Part shown: in pieces, positions 50,017 to 62,520 of the stretch
How positions within the stretch are numbered: the first letter of the stretch is position 1
Layout: each line of letters begins with the position of its first letter
Assembly (NCBI RefSeq): GCF_011386835.1
Contig: NC_088805.1
Span: 29,078,001-29,142,000 of the forward strand
Source of the DNA: Chrysemys picta bellii
Lineage: Eukaryota
DNA: 64,000 nucleotides
Direction: 5' to 3'
The notes under the pieces: model-generated
What the model was told of the DNA's origin: nothing
What the model saw: the letters and a program-made list of their open reading frames with translations, nothing else
The model's database searches: none
Position numbers and translations under genes: made by a program

Positions 50017-50271
50017 GGGCTAGTCTACCAGAAGTGGTACATCGGCACAGTTGCACCGCTGTAGTGCATTCTGTTCTCCCATCGGCATGATAAATCCATT
50101 TCCATGAGAGGCGGTAGCTAGGTTGGCGGGAGACGCTCTCCCGCCGATATAGCACTGTCCACACCGGCGCTTAGTTGGATGTAATTTTCGTGGGTCGGGG
50201 GGGGGAGTGGCTTATTCACACCCTTGAGCGACATAAGTTATACCAAAGTGAGTGGTAGTGTAGACCTGGCC
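50017..50271. mobile_element. Degenerate Harbinger-type MITE
   Basis: GGGCTAGTCTAC ... AGTGTAGACCTGGCC termini. Confidence 0.6.
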
Positions 50272-50674
50272 GTGTTTACAAAATATGTATATAATATGTA
50301 GAGTCACTCAGTGGACTCCTAGCTTTGCCTGCCATTGGTCAGCTGTCAGGCTTGTTTAATTAGTAAGAACCTGGATCAAAAGCACCTAAGATGGGGAAGA
50401 GCAGTGCATTATCACATGGATTTAGGTGGATGCTTTCATGGGATAGAGAAGAGGTACAAAAGAGCTCATCCATAACTGAAATTCCCAAAAGTTTCCTCAC
50501 CTAATCTGTATAATGGAAGAATAAAGGTACAAGGCACAGCAAACAGAATGATTTTTCATAATGAATATGGAGCTATGGAAAAGACTGAGAGTGACATTCA
50601 CCCTGGGCAGAAGGCCAGCACAAGGCCCTGTGCCCCATTTAAATTCTTTAGTGCTTCCATGGGATATAAACAAT

Positions 50675-50798
50675 TAGGGTGACCAGATAGTAAGTGTGAA
50701 AAATCAGGACCGGGAATGGGGGGCAATTGGCACCTATATAAGAAAAAGCCCCAAATATCGGGACAGTCCCTATAAAATCGGGACATCTGGTCACCCTA
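50675..50798. mobile_element. 124-bp hAT MITE (TAGGGTGACC family)
   Basis: TIR as in 29723-29846, TSD TAAACAAT / TAAACAGT. Confidence 0.88.
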
Positions 50799-52289
50799 TA
50801 AACAGTGCACAGGCCTTGTGCTGTTTCTCTGCACAGGAGTGAGTTGTACCTAGTGAGACTAGGAAGGAATAGTCAGCCCAACCGTAGTAAACATGATGAT
50901 GAACGAGGATGGAGGGCGACCATAAAATTACCAATAGAAAGATTCCAGATCCCATTACCAATATTCTGAGTCATCTTTCCACTACATTTAGCAATCTGAG
51001 TTTACCAGATTCTATCATACAATGATAACATAATCAATAACATCAGATCATATTTATTGGACCAGTTTTCATTTTTTTGTGTTGACCATGCGGTGTTTAT
51101 ATAAGTCAGAACTCAAGAATGATAATGCTTTATTGCGCTTGTGGAAAGTTATGATTAATGTTCCACAAGCGAGTCACCGCAAAACCTTTAAACAAATCAT
51201 GATCTATGTTCCCAACCATGTTGAATGTTACTAATGCTGAAATAACATTTAAAATACCATTTACTTTTCACTGTTTATGCTGTTTGATCAATTTTTGTAT
51301 TTCACTCAATAGTCAGTTTTAGTTAGTGGCTTTCATGCCCTAACAGAGTGCTGCAGTGTTTGGGCTGCAAACACTGCAAGAGGATGTTGAAATCCAAAAC
51401 AAATACTTTTAAAATTTCAAATCCTTTTTATAGAGAAAAATGAGGACTCTCCAGTAAGGTAAGCATGGTTATGGAGGGGCCATTTACTAGAAGTCTTTAG
51501 AATTTGCAAATACCACTGACAAACACATATTTAAACACACCTAGAGTCAGATACACGCCGACACTCATACACGCAATCATTGGCTGGGATACCATGGTGA
51601 TGAGTGCACAGAGATAAGCAGATAGATATGCTCCTCTTGAGAGTAGTGAAATTTTGATTCAATTCACCAATGCAATAATCCATTTTATTTAAATAATGCA
51701 CAAACTATTGGGGCAGTACTCCTGGTCAATATAGTTTATAAAAGGCAATAGAAAGGATGATGTCTAGGCTTAATGCACTAGCAGAGTGTTCACTATACAC
51801 CTGATGGTCACTGTGGGTTTATGCTGGAGACCAACTACAGTTGGCTTATGGAGATGAATACATGTCTTGTGGGATTCACAGGAAATTAATGAACCAGTGT
51901 CTGCCCTATCATTAGAGGCGGAAAAGCCACTAGAGGGAAACGGGGCTATCTGTCATTTGTACTCATTCAGTTTGAGCTCTGGGACAATTTAAACAGTTAA
52001 TAAAACCTTTTACTTTATTCCTTTGGTGAAAGTTCAAGTGACTTATTTTTCTTGGCCCTTTGTATTATGGAGAGTTGCTAGACAGGAGTGTCCTTTGTCT
52101 CCATTATTGTTCATTACATAAGTAGAGTTTTCGGGGGTGATACCATGGAATCAAAATAACATGAAAAGAATGCAAATTGGACAGGTGGCCATAATTGGTC
52201 TGATTTCGGTTGTTGGGTTTAGTTAGTGTCTGGGTGCTGGCCTGTGAAATACAGGAGGTCAGACTATTTGATCTAGTGATCCCTTCTGG

Positions 52290-52697
52290 CAGGGGTGAAA
52301 GTAATATAAAATTCTTACCGGTACGGGGGCCCGGAGTGGGCCCCCGGAAGGGGTGGGGCTTCAGGAAGAAGGGGTGGAGCTGGGAGTCAGCCTCCTCCAG
52401 CCAGCCCATTTGCACTGCCTGGCCTGTGCCACCTGGGGCTCCGACCACTGCTGCAGTAGCAGCAACGGCACGGATCCCTGGGCCCTTTAAATCGCCAGCC
52501 CCGGGGCAGCTGCCCCTTTTGCCCCCCCCGCCCCCGTCGGCAGTCCGGGGGGCCGGCAAAAGGGGCAGCAACGTTAAAACGCTGCCACCGCAAAGGACCC
52601 TCCTAAAAGTGCTGCCGCGGCAGCGCTTTAACGTCGCTGCGTACGGGCCGGTACCGACTTCTTACCGGTATGCCGTACCAGCCCACTTTCACCCCTG
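52290..52697. mobile_element. hAT MITE (CAGGGGTGAAAGT family)
   Basis: TIR CAGGGGTGAAAGT / ACTTTCACCCCTG, flanking CTTCTGG(C) duplication. Confidence 0.82.
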
Positions 52698-53113
52698 CTT
52701 CTGGCCTTCAAATTCCATGATTCCCAGGGCCTTGATCCTCACTCTCATGCCTCTCGATTCCACGTGTTTCATTCAATTCCATGCATTTCCTTTGACTGTC
52801 CACTCCTGGGCCTGTTTTTAACTGTTATTGTAAAACAAATTGGGCCTTAGCAGTTTAGGCTCCTTTTACAATATTCACTCTTCGTACGGCTCTGCCCCTT
52901 GTGCCTTCGTTGTGTAGTGACAGTGAGAATGATCTACCACGGGCATAGGCCCAGACCCACAACCCTCCTAACTTCCACTGAAATCCTTGGAGGCTCTGGG
53001 CCACCGGAGCCTCCCTCACCCCCATGGAACCAAAAGCACTTAACCAATTGGTATTTTCATCAAAAGCTTCCCAGGGGGTATGCAACCTCAAATCCCCTGC
53101 GTGCTGTGGCTAG

Positions 53114-54377
53114 TAGGGTTACCATATTTCCACAAACAAAAAAGAGGACACTGGGGGGGGGGGGGAGGTCCCGCCCTAGCCCCGCCCCATCCACTCCCTC
53201 CCACTTCCCACCCCCTGACTGCTCCCCTCAGAACCCCAACCCCCCCTGCTTCTTGTCCCCTGACTGTCCCCTGCTGAGAACCCCCTACCCTAACTGCCCC
53301 CCCCCCCCCCCAGGACCCTACCTGTCCCCTGACTGCCCTGACCCTTATCCACTCGCATGGGTGGCAGGGTTGTAGAAATTTTGGTGGTGCCCAGAACCCC
53401 CCACCCCACCTGCCTAAGGCTCTGGGAGGGGGGTTGGGTGGGGGGAGGAGGTCTGGGGTACAGGTCCTGGGCTGGGGATTAGGGTGCAGGAGGGGTGCAG
53501 GTTCTGGGATAGAGTTTGGGTGCTGGGTGCAGGCTCCGGGCTGGGGCAGGGGGTGGGTGTGCAGGAGGGGGTGAGGGGTGCAGGCTCTGGGATGGAGTTT
53601 GGGGGTGAGAGGCGGTGCAAAGGGAGGGGGTGCAGGCTTTAGGAGGAAGTTTGAGGGCAGGAGGGGGTGTGTGGGAAGAGGGAGGGGGATTGGGAGGGAG
53701 TTTGGGGATAGGAGGGGATGCAGGGGTGAGGGCTGTGGGTCTGGGGATGAGGGGTTCATGATGCAGGAGGGGGCTCAGGGATGGAGCAGAGGATTAGGGT
53801 GTGTGGGGATGAGGGCTGGGGCTGGGGGGTTTGGGGTGTTGGAGAGGCTCAGGGCTAGGGTGGAAGGGCAGGGTAAGGGCAGCCTGTCTTCCCATTAGTG
53901 GATGGGGGCACTAGGACCCGGGGGCAGCAGACAGCAGTTGTCTGCATGTACTGCCAGAGCCAGCACAGCAGACAAGGGAGAGACAGACAGGGAGGGGGGG
54001 GACCCACCAAGGGGGGGATGCACGGATGGGGGGTGGCAGGTGGAGGCTGGGGACCCATCCAACACTCCCCCACTCCCTGACTGCCCCCCCCCACTCCTCT
54101 TACCATTCTGGCTCCACGTGGGTCTGTTTGTGTGTTACAGAGGACTACAGAGAGAGGGAGGGGGGAGCAGGGGAGGGCTCTGGATGCTGGAGGCCAATGG
54201 GAGTGGGTCAATCGGCCTAGCCGCCCAATCAGCAGCCACACTCTGCATGGAAGGGAGGGAGGCGAGGGAGAAAAAAACCCCGGACATTTTAACCTTGTTA
54301 CCAATTCCTCCCGGACGGCTATTTAGAGACGCAAAAGCCGGACATGTCCGGGGAAATACGGACGGATGGTAACCCTA
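53114..54377. mobile_element. About 1.26-kb non-autonomous hAT element with internal G-rich minisatellite
   Basis: TIR TAGGGTTACCAT / ATGGTAACCCTA, TSD GTGGCTAG. Confidence 0.87.
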
Positions 54378-54619
54378 GTGGCTAGTGACAATCCCCCTAG
54401 CACCAGTGATGTGTACGCTAAGCTGGGAAACAACACAACCATGCCCCTCTCTGCAGGGTTGAGTGGGTTCTTTTAGAGCCCGGCAAAGGGGAGTTTCAAT
54501 CTTAAATCCCTGAGCAGTTACAGCCGGGGGCTGCACAACCGGCCTGATTTCCAGCCTCCTTGAGCCCCGATAGCCCAGGTCACCCATTACAGGGCTACAC
54601 CCAACAGCCCCTGCTTAGC

Positions 54620-55280
54620 TTCCCCACGCGCTACTGCGCCCCCAGGCAAACCCCTCCCCTCCAGGGTACGTTCCCGCCTCGTTAGCCCCGCCCTCACTGG
54701 CGTCACGCGCTGGGAAGGTCTCGCAGACGCGCGTGCGCCCGGCAGCCCCAGGGTGGGTGGGGTGCGACTAGCGCGCGGGCGGAGCCGTCGGTGCCGGCGC
54801 CTCAGCCTGGGCGGACCGAGGAGGTTCGTGGGTGCGGCTCAGCTCCCGTGGGCCCGGGCGAGTCTCCCCGGAGCGCGGCAGGGGGCTGTCCCAGGGGGGG
54901 CTCCCGGGCGGACCCGAACCCTCGGGAAGCGGGTCCCGGTCAGGCCCCGAGCCCCGCCCCCCGGGATCAGCCAAGGGGTCTCCCGCCCCAGGGAGGGAGG
55001 CGCTGGGCGGAGTCTGGGATGGAGTTACTCCCCCCCCCCCCCCGGGCTCGCGACCCCCGGGCGTTTGCTGAGTCGCGCGCCTGCTCCCGGCCATCCTACG
55101 GCTGCAGCGCAGGGACTGGGAGGAGGCCGCTGGCGCGAGTGGACGGAGACAGGTTTAACGGAGCAGTAGTAACGCACAGCCTTTATTTGCAGCAACACTC
55201 ACCCTTCGCACCCACCCCGGCACTCCAAAGGCAGCAAAGCCTCCACTGCAGTCCGATAGCCCGCTACGCAGCGTGGTGCA
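54620..55280. promoter_or_regulatory. CpG island with promoter-like motifs and no assigned gene
   Basis: Dense CpG outside any TIR/TSD pair. NRF1-like GCGCGTGCGC, TCTCGCAGA, GGGCGG box and CGTCA half-site at about 54700-54785. Confidence 0.6.
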
Positions 55281-55718
55281 GTGCCCAGACCAGGCCTAGG
55301 CCTCTGCAGACCCTGTGTTGAACCCTTCCTACAAAGGCATCTAGTGTCTGAGGGCAGCTACCTGAGAGTCACATGGGAACAGCACATGCAGGAACACTTG
55401 CTAGGGCAGCAGAATCTGCTTGTTCGCAGAGAACAAAATGATCTCTGGAGAAGGTATTATTTAAAAAAAAATAGAGGGAGGGCTAGTAGCACTGCCTGTT
55501 ACGCTGGTTGCCCAACTGTTTCCCTTATAAGACCTTGGGTACACTGATAATTCACCATTTGGGCTGAACTTTTCCACGGTGGCATCTCCTCCAGGCTGAC
55601 TTTTGGAAAAATTCACCCAAAACAGTTTGTCATTTTTCGGAACAAGTCTTGCAAAACAATGTTGTTTGGCCCATGTTAAGTTTCTGAGACCATTTATGTG
55701 ACTTGCCCCAAGAGTCTG

Positions 55719-56045
55719 CAGTGGCGTAGCCAGGTGGTGCAAACAGTGGGGGCGGACATAAAAAAAGGCGCCACCCGCTGCGGTGCTTGTACTCACCGGG
55801 CGGCGCTCCGGGTCTTCGGCGGCACTTCAGCAGTGGGTCCTTCACTCACTCTGGTCCTTCGGCGGCACTGAAGGACCCGCCACCGAAGACCCGGAGCGCC
55901 GCCCGGTGAGTACTAGCGCCGCAGGGGGTGGTGCCTTTTTTTATGTCCCCCCTCACCCCCCGTTCAGAGTAAAAATTAAAAAGGCGCCACTTGTGCTCAA
56001 TGGGGGAGCGGCTGCTCCCCCTGCTTCCCCCTAGCTACGCTACTG
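55719..56045. mobile_element. hAT MITE (CAGTGGCGTAGC family) with internal palindrome
   Basis: TIR CAGTGGCGTAGC / GCTACGCTACTG, TSD AGAGTCTG. Confidence 0.88.
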
Positions 56046-57229
56046 AGAGTCTGCCACCAGGATGGGAATGGGAATTGGAGGAGGAGGGTAGGCTGAGTTT
56101 GAGAGCTGATGAGTAGAAGCCAGTTGGCTGGGGGTGGGGGTGAGGGAGCAGAGGGATACTGAGACCAGACAAGGAGCTTGTGGAAACTGGATCTAGGAAC
56201 CAATGTAGAGGGGGTGGGGGAAAACGGGGGAGAAGAAACAGATCTGAGAAAGAGCTAGGGTGTAGGAGAAAACTAGAACTTGCTGGGGAAGGACTGAGAT
56301 GGGGATGAGATGCCTGAAGAGCAGAGACTGTAACAAACAGCCAGGGGTGGGGCAGAAAGGGGTAAATTTGGGGAGAAAAGTTCTGTGCCCACTAGACCGT
56401 ACTTCCCTCCAGAGCCTAGGATAGAACCCAAGATTCCTGAATCTCACTCAGCATCCTTTGCTGTCAACAAATATCTATGAAACTCACTGGCAAAGAGTAT
56501 CTTCCACCTCTAATGCTGGTCACATAGAGGATGACAACCCACAAATTGCTATCACTTACTAGGTCTGTGGTGGATTTAATGGTTTCAACCCTGCTGCTGA
56601 ACCATGTGTATGACAATATAACACTACATGGTAGGATTTCTGCTTGTTCAGTTTGCTTTAAAAAAAAAAAAAATCTAGGAAATTACATACACAAAAACTA
56701 CATTAAAAGATTATTAAGATTGCAAAGCCAAATACTCAAAAGTTAGGAAATACCCTTTTTATAGATCCAGACTAACACGGCTACCCCTCTGATACTATAC
56801 AACCTCAGTTCACCCCCATTGTGCATGTGCATTATGATAGTCTTTAATCACGTGATCACATTTTTTCCACAGGACTCCTACTCCCACTCAGTGCATTGGA
56901 GGAATAATTCTGCAGAGGCAAACTTAATTATATTATTTCCTAAATTTTTGAGTGCTTGACTTTGCAACCTGAAATCTGTTTTTAATGTATTTCTGTGTGT
57001 AATAGTATTTATCAACTAATACACATCAGTTTCACTTTAAGAGGTGATTGTTTGAATCCCTACTACAGAATACTGTCATTTTTCAAAGACGACATGCCTT
57101 CCTCTGAGTTTTCTAAAGCACCAAGCACACTAGAAGGAATTTTGCTGCTCCCTGGAGGTCAAAGGGAAGTTTGCTTGCATAAAGAGAACTGGATGGGACC
57201 TTGTGCCAGTAATTCACAGCTTGTACAAA

Positions 57230-57431
57230 AACAACAAGGAGTCTGGTGGCACCTTAAAGACTAACAGATTTGTTTGGGCATAAGCTTTCGTGAGTAAAAA
57301 CCTCACTTCCTCACTTGGAAGTGAGGTTTTTACTCACGAAAGCTTATGCCCAAATAAATCTGTTAGTCTTTAAGGTGCCACCAGACTCCTTGTTGTTTTT
57401 GTAGATACAGACTAACACAGCTACCCCCTGA
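57230..57431. mobile_element. Penelope-like inverted-repeat insertion in the ERP29 3' UTR
   Basis: 12-bp TSD AGCTTGTACAAA (57218-57229, 57432-57443). Arms 57227-57310 and 57317-57400. Confidence 0.8.
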
Positions 57432-57456
57432 AGCTTGTACAAAGTTCTCCAGCCAG

Positions 57457-57959
57457 TTAAAGCTCTTCTTTTTCATTCTTCTTCTTTTGAAAAGAGGCGA
57501 GGATGTTTAGGCTTTTCTGGAGCTCCTCCTTCTTCCCATCACTCATTTTGTTCTTCTCAAGCAGTTTTGTGATCCGGACAACTTCATTAGCAGCAAACTC
57601 CTCTCCTTGCTCCAGGATTTTACTCATGATTTTCAAGTACTGCTCAGCCCGTTTCTTCTCTGTTTCCTTGGCTTTTGCTAAACTGTCCTGCCCCTGTTTG
57701 AGAAGAGCTTGACGCTCTAACTCTTTCGTGGTGCTCACAAATTTGCTTGCCAGGATGTCATATTCTTGTAGGCAGCCTGGCATTCCCAGATAGATGCCTT
57801 TACTCTTCAGCCAACGCTGAATAGCACTGGCTTTTATTTGGCCACTGTAAGGTAAGGGACTGTCAAAGTCCCCATCCTGGAACAAGTAAAAAATAGGATA
57901 GCTATCCTTATCCAGCTTGTATTTCTCACCCAACTCTGTGTTCAGTTTATCACCATAAT
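57457..57959 (-). CDS. ERP29: ERP29 exon 3
   Basis: (D)[17 protein letters not shown]...KKKNEKEEL*, acceptor at 57960-57961. Confidence 0.96.
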
Positions 57960-60900
57960 CTGGGAACAGAAACGAAACATGAAAAGGATCAGTGCATTAA
58001 TCAGAGCAAAATCAGTCAGTTGGATCCTTTCCTCTCCAACGCAATTCATGTTTATGTTTGTAATTACAACTCTGCTAGCACCCTCTCTCTACCAGGAATT
58101 GCCATAGGATGGAACAACCCAAATGTCCAGCAAGTTCACTTGCAAGAGTAACCATTATCGACTGCTTCAGAGGAAGGTGCAAATCCCCCATAATGTATGT
58201 ATTTAACCTTGCTTTACTCTATCACTGATTTTGTCTCTTGAATTTGGGGTGGGATGGAATGATTCCTTCCTGATCCCCATCAGATTAGCTTGTAGCCTGA
58301 AGCATACAGACTGATAATACTCATTATAATTTCTAGCTGATGTCCCTGCAGACACCGTTCTTACTAAGAATATGCTATATGCCAAGCAAATCTGTAAAAT
58401 GACATCTGAAGAAACAGAAATCCCATGTGAATTCCTGAAGCTAGAATATGAATATACGGATTTCAGATATTCTACTAAGGTATAAAGGGTTTGTGTTTAG
58501 GTAGACTTCAATGCCTAGTGATGTATGCCACCTGGGCAGTCTGTAGAGGTTTAAATCCTTTGTTTACAGAACAGGCAGCAGCAGGGGTGATGGCAATTCA
58601 GTCTTCATTGCTTATACAAGCCTTGGCTCTTCTCTTGAGACTACCATAGCGATGTCAATGAGTGCCAATTGTGATGCCGACACCTCTCATAACCTCAGCA
58701 ATGAATGGCAATGCTCCCTAGAGTGAATCAACAATGTAACACTTGTTTCCTGTGACCACAATTATGCCTCATAAGGCATATTCCAGAGAAGTGGGCCAAG
58801 AGGCTAAGAAAAAGCCAGATTTCCCTCTGGTCAAGAGGAACTGCAAATCAACTTTAATTCCATAACTGTGCTGAGAGACTTCACTAACTGGCCCATGGGG
58901 GTTGGGGATATCCAGCACTCCTACTCCCACCTCGCATGAGGCTGCGAGGGCAGCCAGCTCCACTACCAACCAGGCTAAGGGAGCATTCAATATTTCAATA
59001 ACTAAAAATGAACTTTTCAATCATTTATTCTTAGGTTCCCCCCCAGCGTCATGCTGGGCCATCCTAATTCCTCTATGACCTCTCAGCATGCCAGCTACAC
59101 CCAAAACCCAGCTAAAGCAGAGAGCTAGGTGACATTTCACAGTGCTTAAGAGGTCGAGTTGTGCCAATATTTTGTCCCCCCCCCCCCCCCCCTGATGATA
59201 TTACATTAGTCTTTTTACAGCTCACCTGATATTCCCACTTCAGCTATGAGCAGATCTTCACTGGAAGCTGAGCTTTCTGCTAGCTTTTTGAATTCATCTT
59301 GCTTCTCACCATAAGGATACTGGGTGTCAAATTTCACCAGGACAAACTTATTCTTTGGAATCACCTAGTACAAGAAAAACAAAGATGAATGGAGAAATTA
59401 TTGAATACTTCATAAACATGCAATAAACAATTACAGGAATTCTAAATTGTATACTTCAGTATTTTGTTAAAATGGCTTGTAATTATACCCTGAAAAATGG
59501 TACTTTCATTTTGCTTTTCTGAAGTCAAATTCTGATTGACATAATGGACCAAATTCTGCTCACCTTACTGGTAGGGAGCTCCATTGACCTAGAGAGTAGA
59601 ATCAGCCCCAGCTGACCTCAGGGGGACATCTCAAGTGAGTAATACAAGTAGGATTTTAGGCCAAATAAAATGTGACTGCTAGATTAGATTAATGGAGATA
59701 TCCCATCTCCTAGAACTGGAAGGGACCTTGAAAGGTCATCAAGTCCAGCCCCCTGCCTTCACTAGCAGGAACAAGTATTGATTTTGCCCCAGATCCCTAA
59801 GTGGCCCCCTCAAGGACTGAACTCATAACCCTGGGTTTAGTAGGCTAATGGTCAAACCACTGAGCTATCCCTCCTCCTCCCAATTCAGCAGTAGGACTAA
59901 CATTTTAAATAAGTGAGAAATTTGGAAGTGAAGTAAAAAGTGTTGCTCAGCAAATAGAAGCACCTTAGATTGCTAAAGTGAAAGTTTTTGAAAAAAAATC
60001 TTATTAACTTGCCATCATTTGTGCTATTGGCTTTTAGTTTCCCTGTTTGGACAGTGAAACTGGCCTTGTCAGGTTGGCACCAAACACACTGGCTCTTTGA
60101 GGTCAGCTTGGAAATGGACTTGTTTGCTTTCAGTCAAAACTTGGTTTGTGTCTACACCTGGCACATCTTGTCCCTTTCTATGCTAAGTGGGAAGATAGTG
60201 CAGCAAAATCTTGCTAGGAATGTTCTGAGATTGCAGTAACTGCTCCCCCCCCCCCCCCCAAAGGCCATCCCAGGCATTTTATAAGCATTCGTAGTAACAT
60301 ATGCAATACCTGGAACAAAGTCTTTAATTCTGGTCCTGATGACCAGTGTAGTTGGCAGTTATTCTCCTCCCACTCCTCAGTATGGCTGAAAATCGCAAAT
60401 ACTGTAGCTCCACCCTGTCAGCCAGTCTTTTTAGTTCCATCCCACAATGTAGTGCTTCACATCTGGAAATTACCCCAAAGTCCTTGGTCCTAGCAAAAGA
60501 TGCTATGGAACAAGTGCTTAAGGGGTCCCAGAATGCAAATACACCAAAACTGGTCTGTCAAAGTGGAGATTCATTTCAAGTGGATGAGATGAACTGTCAT
60601 AAGAAAAACTGGTCTGTCAAAGTGGAGATTCATTTCAAGTGGATGAGATGAACTGTCATAAGAAAAGGTTTCAGAGTGTAGCCGTGTTAGTCTGTATCAG
60701 CAAAAACAACGAGGAGTCCTTGTGGCACCTTACAAACTATATGCCCAAATAAATTTGTTAGTCTCTAAGATGCCACAAGGACTCCTCGTTTTTGTCATAA
60801 GAAAAGAAAACCTCCACAGTTACTTGCTTAGGGTGAATGTTTCCCTACATACTTTGAGGAACAAGTTAAATAAGCTGATATTGATTCAGTGTTATTACTG

Positions 60901-62349
60901 CATGGACCTGGAATAGGTGCCTAGTACCCCTTCTCCAGTGTGGATTAGAAGCCTGACCCGTGACAGCTGACTCTATTCAGCTGGTGTTCTTCACTCTCAC
61001 TTCAATTTCTATTTCTGATCAATTTTCCTTCCTATTTCTAAAACCTGGCTCTTGTGCTTAAACATCGTCTTGCAGTGCTAGAAACCTAAATCTTTAAATA
61101 ACAAAAGTACACCCTGTTAATGAAATAAAAAAAAAATCAGGAAGGTATTTCCATTTCTACTTGGTTCTGGAAAAATGCTTTTCTACAAACTTAATTTTGG
61201 TGCTTAAACTACTTGCCTTTCCTTACTTGGAAAAAATAATCGGATTCTGTACTGCTTTGTCTAGGGAACTCAGGGGCAGATTGCATAGCCCATCCGCAGG
61301 CTGCTAAGAAGCATCAGGTAAGAGTGAGAGGCTCACCGACATGTGAGCAAATAACACCTAGTGAGGCTGTTATATACGGGTATAGAGGAGGGTGTTTCTG
61401 GATGGTCTTTCTTGCGGGAATGTCGCCCATGCCCATGAAATGCTAGGAGCCCGGCTGGGGCTGGACAGAAGTGCTTGGTGTAGGCTAGGCGTTGTGCTGC
61501 ACCAGCAGGAGTGTGAGGGGGCAGTAGCTTGTGGCTGGCAGGAAACCTGACGGATGCGGCAATCGGACACCTGCTGCAGACAAAGACAGCAGAGCTCCGA
61601 GGTGCTCAGGACACTGCCTGCTCGGCCAGGAGCGATGCCCCTGCGCCCACAGGTGATCACGCTGCACCGCAGCCTTGGCAAAAACGTCCAACCACGTTCG
61701 CGGCGCAATGGAGACACTTGGACTCCTGTGATTGGCCAGCTGCGGAGGCCGCCTCTCCTCTGTCCTTTCCCCATTGGCCACCGTGGCCCGGGGCGAACTC
61801 TTGAGCCGTTCCCCAGTGGCGGCCAGCCTGCAGCGGCTGAAAATGGCCCTTGCGCCCCTGAAAGAGGCAGGCGTTAGCTGTGCTCTTGCAGGGCTGAGCG
61901 CGCCGCCGCGCTATTTCACCCGCCACGGGCCGGAGGCTGCCCCATCTCAGAGCGGGGGGCGGGAGGGAAGAGACACACACTCTCTCTTTTACCTCCCCAC
62001 CAGCCCTTTCCAAAAATCCTCCTGAAAAGCGCAGCGTTCAGGGCACGTTCCGGCTGCAGCCGCCCGAGCCCTGCGCTGGAGCTGAACGGTATTTTCAATA
62101 CAGCGACCCGTAGCTTTAAGGTCCTTCCCCGCGCCAACAGCCCGTGTCCCGGAGCGCCCCAGCGCAGGTGCCGCCGCACCATGCAGGCAGACACATGCAA
62201 CCAGCAGCGCCCCCCCTTACCTTGTAGAAGGTGATGACATCCAGGGGCAGCGAGCCCTTGGTATGCAAAGCGCTGCTGCTCTCCCAGGCGAAGGAAAGCC
62301 AGCAAAGCAGCAGGGAGGAGACCGACCCAGCCCTGCTCCCGAAAGCCAT
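57457..62349 (-). CDS. ERP29: Endoplasmic reticulum resident protein 29, full gene span (3 exons, 256 aa)
   Basis: Exons of 129+139+503 nt join in frame. Signal peptide, [26 protein letters not shown]-terminal KEEL retention signal. Confidence 0.97.
59226..59364 (-). CDS. ERP29: ERP29 exon 2
   Basis: [46 protein letters not shown], ag/gtgag junctions. Confidence 0.96.
59688..59874 (-). mobile_element. Tortoise polIII/SINE (tRNA-derived head, CR1-derived tail)
   Basis: On -: GGAGGGATAGCTCAGTGGTTTGACC...GAGTTCAGTCCTTGAGGGGGCC head with A/B boxes, and CR1-like tail ...GGTCCCTTCCAGTTCTAG. Confidence 0.85.
60546..60663. repeat. Perfect 59-bp tandem duplication
   Basis: 60546-60604 is repeated at 60605-60663. 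Confidence 0.92.
60668..60792. mobile_element. Short Penelope-like inverted-repeat insertion in ERP29 intron 1
   Basis: GTTTCAGAGTGTAGCCGTGTTAGTCTG head, inverted GTGGCACC/GATGCCAC arms, 14-bp TSD TGTCATAAGAAAAG. Confidence 0.78.
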
Positions 62350-62520
62350 GTCGAGAAGGCTCTAGATGGAGAGGACTTGCTTTGCGCGGTTCACGTGACC
62401 TGATCCGTTGTCACTGGCTCCCCCCAAAGGAGAAGGGAAGCGTCGGAAGAGCTAACGCTCAGCCCCCCAGCCCCCGGGGGACGGAGCAACTGAGAAAAGG
62501 GGCGGGCTGGGGCTGCCAAT
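61540..62520. promoter_or_regulatory. CpG island / promoter of ERP29
   Basis: CpG-dense region over exon 1, GGTCACGTGA E-box at 62391-62400, GGGCGG and CCAAT near 62500-62520. Confidence 0.7.
62221..62349 (-). CDS. ERP29: ERP29 exon 1
   Basis: [43 protein letters not shown] followed by donor gtaagg. Confidence 0.95.

Noticed and set aside
52899-55321. Multiple long ORFs on both strands
   Set aside because: MITE minisatellite and CpG-island composition; no recognisable domain.
57300-57350. Second hammerhead in the ERP29 3' UTR hairpin
   Set aside because: Stem II and GAAAGCTTATGC are present, but the CUGANGA box and the 5' strand of stem I are lost at the inversion centre.
59810-59874. tRNA gene
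   Set aside because: It is the tRNA-derived head of a SINE, continuing into a CR1-like tail.
60546-60806. CRISPR-like repeat-spacer array
   Set aside because: Eukaryotic context; the pattern is a tandem duplication plus a TSD, without unique spacers.
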